Assembly: GCA_037447435.1 (NCBI GenBank)
Contig: JBBIGR010000051.1
Span: 1 to 31,236 of the forward strand
Source: Fibrobacteria bacterium
Lineage (GTDB): Bacteria; Fibrobacterota; Chitinivibrionia; Chitinivibrionales; FEN-1185
Direction: 5' to 3'
Length of the DNA: 31,236 nucleotides
In this document: positions 26,384 through 31,236 of the stretch, piece by piece
Layout: each line of letters begins with the position of its first letter
How positions within the stretch are numbered: the stretch's first letter is position 1
Notes under the pieces: generated by a model
The model's database searches: none
Seen by the model: the letters and a program-made list of their open reading frames with translations, nothing else
Told to the model about the DNA's origin: nothing
Translations under genes and position numbers: made by a program

Positions 26384-27231
26384 TTGCGAACCTCCCTGCC
26401 CAACTGATAGTATATGTGCTTATTATCGCTTATCATGGTGAAACGGTCGCTGTAATTGCTTACCGATTCCGATGCACCAAGAAAGAAAAAGCCTTCCGGA
26501 TTAAGCACATTGCAAAACCGGGAAAACAGCTGTCGTTTGAATGCGTCTGAAAAGTAAATCATCACATTGCGGCAGAAAAGTACGTCGAACCGGCCAAGCG
26601 AGGAAAAATCATCTTGAAGGTTCAGTTTTTTATACGTCACCATTTTCCGGATTTTGTCGTTTAACACCCAGAACTTTCCTGAATTTGTAAAGTAACGATC
26701 CCGTATGTCGAGCGGCATGCCGCGCGACATCGCGATCTGATCGTAACGTCCGGCAATCGCAAGGAACAGTACGGTGGGTGAAATGTCGGTCGCGATTATT
26801 TCCGTACACGAAAGCGGCAATACCGAATTCTTGCGGCAGAATTCCTGCAACATCATTGCAATGGAATACGGTTCCTGGCCTGTGGACGATGCCGCGCACC
26901 AGATGCGGATGCGCTGTCGTTTTCCGGAAGCAAGTTCATCGGCAAACTTTTTAAAAATCACCCGTTCCATGATATCGTACGGATACAGGTCGCGAAACCA
27001 GCTCGTCTCATTGGTCGTCATGGCATCGACGATTTTATCGCGAAGTCCCATTTGGGGCTCATTCACGGCCTTCTTATACAAATCGGAAAATGTGGTGCAA
27101 CCGGCCTCGGCCAAAAGACCGACCAGCCTGTTTTCAACAAGGTACGCCTTTTCGTCTCCCAGGGAAATCCCGCAGCTTTTCTCGATATATTCCCTGAACT
27201 GCTTGAATTCTATGTCTGTCAATAAGTTCAT
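26380..27231 (-). CDS. cheR: Chemotaxis methyltransferase
   Basis: TTNETSWFRD, IWCAASSTGQEPYS, ATDIS, FCRNVMIYF, LGASES. Confidence 0.97.
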   Translation of the reverse strand: MNLLTDIEFKQFREYIEKSCGISLGDEKAYLVENRLVGLLAEAGCTTFSDLYKKAVNEPQMGLRDKIVDAMTTNETSWFRDLYPYDIMERVIFKKFADELASGKRQRIRIWCAASSTGQEPYSIAMMLQEFCRKNSVLPLSCTEIIATDISPTVLFLAIAGRYDQIAMSRGMPLDIRDRYFTNSGKFWVLNDKIRKMVTYKKLNLQDDFSSLGRFDVLFCRNVMIYFSDAFKRQLFSRFCNVLNPEGFFFLGASESVSNYSDRFTMISDNKHIYYQLGREVRK

Positions 27232-27261
27232 TAGTACCCTACTCTATTAAGTCGATACTAT

Positions 27262-27290
27262 ATTATGCAATGTATGCTTTTTTTTGCCAA
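27262..27290 (-). promoter_or_regulatory. Possible sigma70 promoter for cheR
   Basis: Minus strand TTGGCA-N17-CATAAT in the gap upstream of cheR. Confidence 0.35.
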
Positions 27291-27308
27291 GGTTAGAATG
27301 ATAATAAA

Positions 27309-29360
27309 TTATCGTATTCCGTGCTTGCGCAAAAACGGCCCGTAGCGATGATCCGTTTTCATAATATGCTCCACAAGCCACTCTTTTAAAAATATCATTA
27401 TGTCCCGATTGATCATTGCTTTGCCGGAAACGAGGGCAGTTCGGGCATCAACGACTTTGGCGACAAACGTATCGTGGATTTTTTTATGCGCTTCGTATTC
27501 CGGAAAATTAAATTGTTTGAAATATTTTTCTTCGGTGCCGAAATGCGAGACCGTATATTCGGCCAGACCATCGAGCACCTGCGTTACGGCCTCACGCGCC
27601 TTGCCTTCTGCAACGGCCCTGTTCAGATCGTTGATCATAGAGATAAGTTTTTTATGCTGTGAGTCTATTTCCGTGATGTCTACGCTCAACGCGTCATTCC
27701 ATTGCAAAAAATCGGTCTGGATTTTAAACATGGACACGACGCTCGCGAGGTTTTGCCCCAAGTCCGATAACTGCTTCGACTGGTTTCGCGCCGTCTGCAA
27801 GCTGTCGGCAACGCCGGTAATATCGCGGTTGACATCCTGAATATTTGAACTTACCTCGGAAATCGCGGTCGCGGTTTCCGACACCGAATGGGCGATTTCG
27901 TTTGCCGCAATACTGCCGTTGTTTATATTTTTTGCAATTTCGGACGATGTTGCCGATTGTTCTTCAACAGCGGCAACGATGACTTGCGACACGCTGTTGA
28001 CGTCTTCTATAACGTCAATTATATCCTTTAACGTTTTTATCGATTCATCGGCGTTGGCCTGCATCGCCGCAACACGTTCCTGGATTTCATCGGCCGCTTT
28101 TGCGGTCTGATGGGATAATTCCTTGACTTCATTGGCAACAACGGCAAACCCTTTGCCAGCTTCACCCGCGGAGGCGGCCTCGATTGTTGCGTTAAGGGAA
28201 AGCATGTTCGTCCGGTCGGCGATGTCGCTGATGACGCCGATTATTTTCCCTATTTCGCTCGCAGTTGTTCCGAGACGGTTGATGATATCCTGGGCAAGCG
28301 CACCTTTTTTTTGCGCATTGGTGACAACGGTAAGTTCTTTTTGGCAATTTTGCGCGATTTCGTTTATTGTTGCCCCCATTTGCTCCATCGCCAAAGCCAC
28401 AGTCTTGACCGTCGCCGACATTTCTTCCGCCGACGCGGAAATAGACATAATGGTTGAGGAGGATTCCTCGGTTGCAGCCGCTACGGTGTGCGAGCGTTTT
28501 TTCATGGTATCGGCATTTGAAGCGATATTGGAAAACGCATTTGCAAATTCATTGGTGACTTTGAGCAATGTCGTATTTGTCGCATAGATTTCGCCGATTA
28601 TGCTTGCAATGTTTTCGCCGAGGCGATTGACCTCGAATAACGTATCGTCGAGCTCGTCGGCACGGGTTTTCACCTCTATTCTCCTGGTTAAATCGCCCTT
28701 GCCATAGGTTTGCATAAGCGTGTTTACTTTGCCAAGCTTATGGACAAAGCTGTACACCGCAATCATGATGATGAAAAGGCATATGCTGCTTATGATGACG
28801 CCGACGATTTGAATCGCAAGCAATGCGGCCGTACGCGTCTCGGATTCCTTTTGGACTCGCTTGACAAGTGCTTCGGAAGTTTTAAGCACGTCGTCGCTTT
28901 TTTGATACAGAAACCCGGCAAGGCCCATATCGGTCCAGCCGGCTGCCGCGCTTTTGTCGAGGATCGCGGACAATTCATCCCATGCGACGGAAGCGTTTTT
29001 TAACAACTCCTTGATCTCTTGCGAAGGCTGCGGACAATGCTGTTTGGGACCGGTTATATCCAGCGTCGCGGGTACGTCTCCCCCATTTGCAAAAGCCTGC
29101 ATGGACGAAGAAAATATTTCCCTTGAACTTTTCAACTGTTCGGCCAATTCGGTAAAATTTTGTTTTGACGAAGCGGCAAGCACGCAGGAAAGTGCTTCTT
29201 TTGTTATTTTTTGCGAGAGCATCCGTTGACGGCCGACAAGATTTATTATTGCCGCATCTGTTTTTTGTAAATTGATAACTATTATTGTGGAAATAAAAAT
29301 CATGGCAACGGTAACGGCAATGGCTGTTACGAGTAGGGGAAATTTTTGTTTTAATCTCAT
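27309..29360 (-). CDS. Methyl-accepting chemotaxis protein with PilJ/NarX-type sensor, HAMP and C-terminal bacteriohemerythrin
   Basis: TM1, '[15 protein letters not shown]', TM2, HAMP (GDLTRRI..DEL), [34 protein letters not shown], hemerythrin ligands H..HFGTEE..HKKIH..HIMKTD; start could be 29399. Confidence 0.93.
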   Translation of the reverse strand: MRLKQKFPLLVTAIAVTVAMIFISTIIVINLQKTDAAIINLVGRQRMLSQKITKEALSCVLAASSKQNFTELAEQLKSSREIFSSSMQAFANGGDVPATLDITGPKQHCPQPSQEIKELLKNASVAWDELSAILDKSAAAGWTDMGLAGFLYQKSDDVLKTSEALVKRVQKESETRTAALLAIQIVGVIISSICLFIIMIAVYSFVHKLGKVNTLMQTYGKGDLTRRIEVKTRADELDDTLFEVNRLGENIASIIGEIYATNTTLLKVTNEFANAFSNIASNADTMKKRSHTVAAATEESSSTIMSISASAEEMSATVKTVALAMEQMGATINEIAQNCQKELTVVTNAQKKGALAQDIINRLGTTASEIGKIIGVISDIADRTNMLSLNATIEAASAGEAGKGFAVVANEVKELSHQTAKAADEIQERVAAMQANADESIKTLKDIIDVIEDVNSVSQVIVAAVEEQSATSSEIAKNINNGSIAANEIAHSVSETATAISEVSSNIQDVNRDITGVADSLQTARNQSKQLSDLGQNLASVVSMFKIQTDFLQWNDALSVDITEIDSQHKKLISMINDLNRAVAEGKAREAVTQVLDGLAEYTVSHFGTEEKYFKQFNFPEYEAHKKIHDTFVAKVVDARTALVSGKAMINRDIMIFLKEWLVEHIMKTDHRYGPFLRKHGIR

Positions 29361-29516
29361 GGTACCTAGACCCTTCATCTTTGTATTTGGCATAGGCATG
29401 AAATCCCGCTCAAATACAATGCGAAATAATGTGAAAAATGTCGCGAATCAGGAGAATGAATTCATTTTCCCATATTGTATAGGTATATTGCAAGGATTTT
29501 TTTACGGGAGGATACA

Positions 29517-29538
29517 GGGGCAGCCGGACGGCCGCCCC
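29517..29538 (-). terminator. GC-rich hairpin after the upstream MCP
   Basis: Minus strand GGGGCGGCCG-TC-CGGCTGCCCC just after the stop codon; poor U tract. Confidence 0.45.
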
Positions 29539-29545
29539 GAATAAA

Positions 29546-31183
29546 TTATACTTTGAACTGGCCGACGATTTTTTGCAATCCTACGGCTAATTTTGCGAGT
29601 TCCTGACTGCTTTGTTTTATATTTTGCACTCCGGTTGCAGTATCTGCCGCAGCCTTGCTGACGCCTATGATATTGCTTGACACTTCGGACAAGCCACGTG
29701 CCGATTCGCCGACATTTTTTGCTATTTCGGTAGCGGCGCCGCTTGGGCCGCCGACATTTTTCGCTATTTCATTGATTGTGGCGCTTTGTTCCTCGACCGC
29801 GCTGACGATGGTATGCGAAATTTCATTGATTTCTTCAATGATTTTTGTAATTTCTTCCATTGCCTTTACCGCACTGGTGGTATTGTTTTGCATTTCTTCT
29901 ATTTGACTGCTTATTTGGTCGGTAGCCTGGGCCGTTTGCTTTGCAAGTTCCTTAACTTCATTTGCAACAACGGCAAACCCTTTTCCCGCATCACCGGCAC
30001 TGGCAGCCTCGATTGTGGCGTTAAGCGCCAGCAAATTCGTCTGGTCGGCGATGTCGTTGATGACTTCTATCACTTTGCCGATTTCCTTTGAAGAAACCCC
30101 GAGGCGTTCCATTTCGTCGCGCGTGGATTTTGCCTGATTATTTGCATTTGTCGCTATCTGAGATTCCTTCAAACAGTTTTTTGCAACCTCATTGAGTGAA
30201 GAACTCATTTCTTCTATGGCCGTAGCGACCGTATTGACGCCGGTCGACATTTGTTCCGAAGCTGCCGAAATATTATTGACATTTGTCGTTGCCTGCTCGG
30301 TTGCTGATGCAACGGTATTGGATTGAGACGTCATTTCCTCCGCACTGGCTGCAATTTGGGTTGACACTGCCGAAAGTTCCTCGGAAGAACTGGAAACGGT
30401 CGATGTGGCGCTTGCAATTTCCTTAACATTATTTTGAAGCTTTTCCACAAAATTATTGAAATGTTTTGCCAACCCACCAAGTTCATCGTTCGTATTTGCC
30501 GTGCACCGTTTTGCAAGATCACCTTCAGTCATCGGTTGTATTTCTTTTGCAATCCTGTTGATCCCGAATCGAATTTGGGAAATGACAATAATACTGCTGA
30601 TTATTGAAGCTGTAATAGCGACAAAAAGCAAAATAACCAGAATTAATTGCGTCGATTTACTGGTCGCTTTGGCGTTGGCAACAACAGATTCGAGCATACC
30701 GGCGTTCTTGTACAATAAAGAATCTGCCATAGATTCAAAAACATATATATGCGTTTTAAACGGTACCATTTTTCCGTCGGCGGTTTGGGGATTAAGCGAA
30801 GGATCTGATGATATGGCTCCCGTAACCGATTTAAACCCCTCATAATATTTTCCATATTCTCCGGTGGTAGTATTGAAAATATCCTTTAAAGCCGAGTTCA
30901 TCGTCTTATTTTGTTGTAATGTGTCATTTAATACAGCAAAAATTTGCTTAATTGAATTTGAGGAATTTTCATATTTTTTAAGATAGTCATTTTGTTTTTC
31001 CGCATTCCCGATATTAAGGAAAAAGTCTTTTTCATACCGCCTATGTTCCAATGCTATTATTTTAAGTTCATAAAATTTTCGTAAATTGGCAACATCGCTT
31101 GATACGACCGTATTGAAATTCCTGCTGCATTTACTGATAGCTAAAAACGCCAAAACTCCGATTAGGCAAGTTAAAAAGACATT
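29546..31183 (-). CDS. Methyl-accepting chemotaxis protein (helical periplasmic sensor, HAMP), apparently 5'-truncated
   Basis: RRYEKDFFL sensor motif, TM2, [21 protein letters not shown]; frame is hydrophobic up to about 31180 with no proper start. Confidence 0.85.
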   Translation of the reverse strand, partial: NVFLTCLIGVLAFLAISKCSRNFNTVVSSDVANLRKFYELKIIALEHRRYEKDFFLNIGNAEKQNDYLKKYENSSNSIKQIFAVLNDTLQQNKTMNSALKDIFNTTTGEYGKYYEGFKSVTGAISSDPSLNPQTADGKMVPFKTHIYVFESMADSLLYKNAGMLESVVANAKATSKSTQLILVILLFVAITASIISSIIVISQIRFGINRIAKEIQPMTEGDLAKRCTANTNDELGGLAKHFNNFVEKLQNNVKEIASATSTVSSSSEELSAVSTQIAASAEEMTSQSNTVASATEQATTNVNNISAASEQMSTGVNTVATAIEEMSSSLNEVAKNCLKESQIATNANNQAKSTRDEMERLGVSSKEIGKVIEVINDIADQTNLLALNATIEAASAGDAGKGFAVVANEVKELAKQTAQATDQISSQIEEMQNNTTSAVKAMEEITKIIEEINEISHTIVSAVEEQSATINEIAKNVGGPSGAATEIAKNVGESARGLSEVSSNIIGVSKAAADTATGVQNIKQSSQELAKLAVGLQKIVGQFKV

Positions 31184-31236
31184 GGGGCATCGCGCGTTTC
31201 TGTGGGTAGCCCCAATATGTTGTGTTTAGAGTTATA
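31184..31236 (-). mobile_element. Possible ISL3-like IS right end abutting the truncated MCP
   Basis: Minus strand CTACCCACAGAAACGCGCGATGCCCC resembles ISL3-type terminal sequence as I recall it; only 53 bp are visible. Confidence 0.35.

Overview
Gene-dense bacterial chromosomal window with no rRNA, tRNA or CRISPR array. Gene content and protein style (FlgD-Ig/T9SS-like C-terminal domains, DxNGDG...DRVGP repeats, barrel-TPR fusion) suggest Fibrobacterota/Chitinivibrionia; this is inference. Left to right it holds: a partial lipoprotein, a TPR-fused glycosyltransferase, a 58-aa small protein missed by the ORF track, a pdxA homolog, and a co-oriented pair of a PorV/SprF-like beta-barrel-TPR protein and a 1552-aa secreted protein (putative lysozyme-fold catalytic domain, ~214-aa tandem repeat, type-B-like CTD). 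Next come a B12 radical SAM enzyme, FKBP and cyclophilin PPIases, a degenerate GGDEF-STAS-lipoprotein cluster, cvpA-pilD-MFS, and an AHSA1 protein. These are followed by a sigma54-driven lipoprotein with paired enhancer palindromes, a frameshifted GH10-PDZ-CTD gene, and a chemosensory cluster (cheB, cheX, pseudo-receiver-CheX, HDOD, cheY, cheR, PilJ/NarX-MCP-hemerythrin, and a 5'-truncated MCP next to a possible ISL3-like end). The best candidate for an undescribed system is the cargo plus dedicated barrel-TPR pair at 3333-10353.
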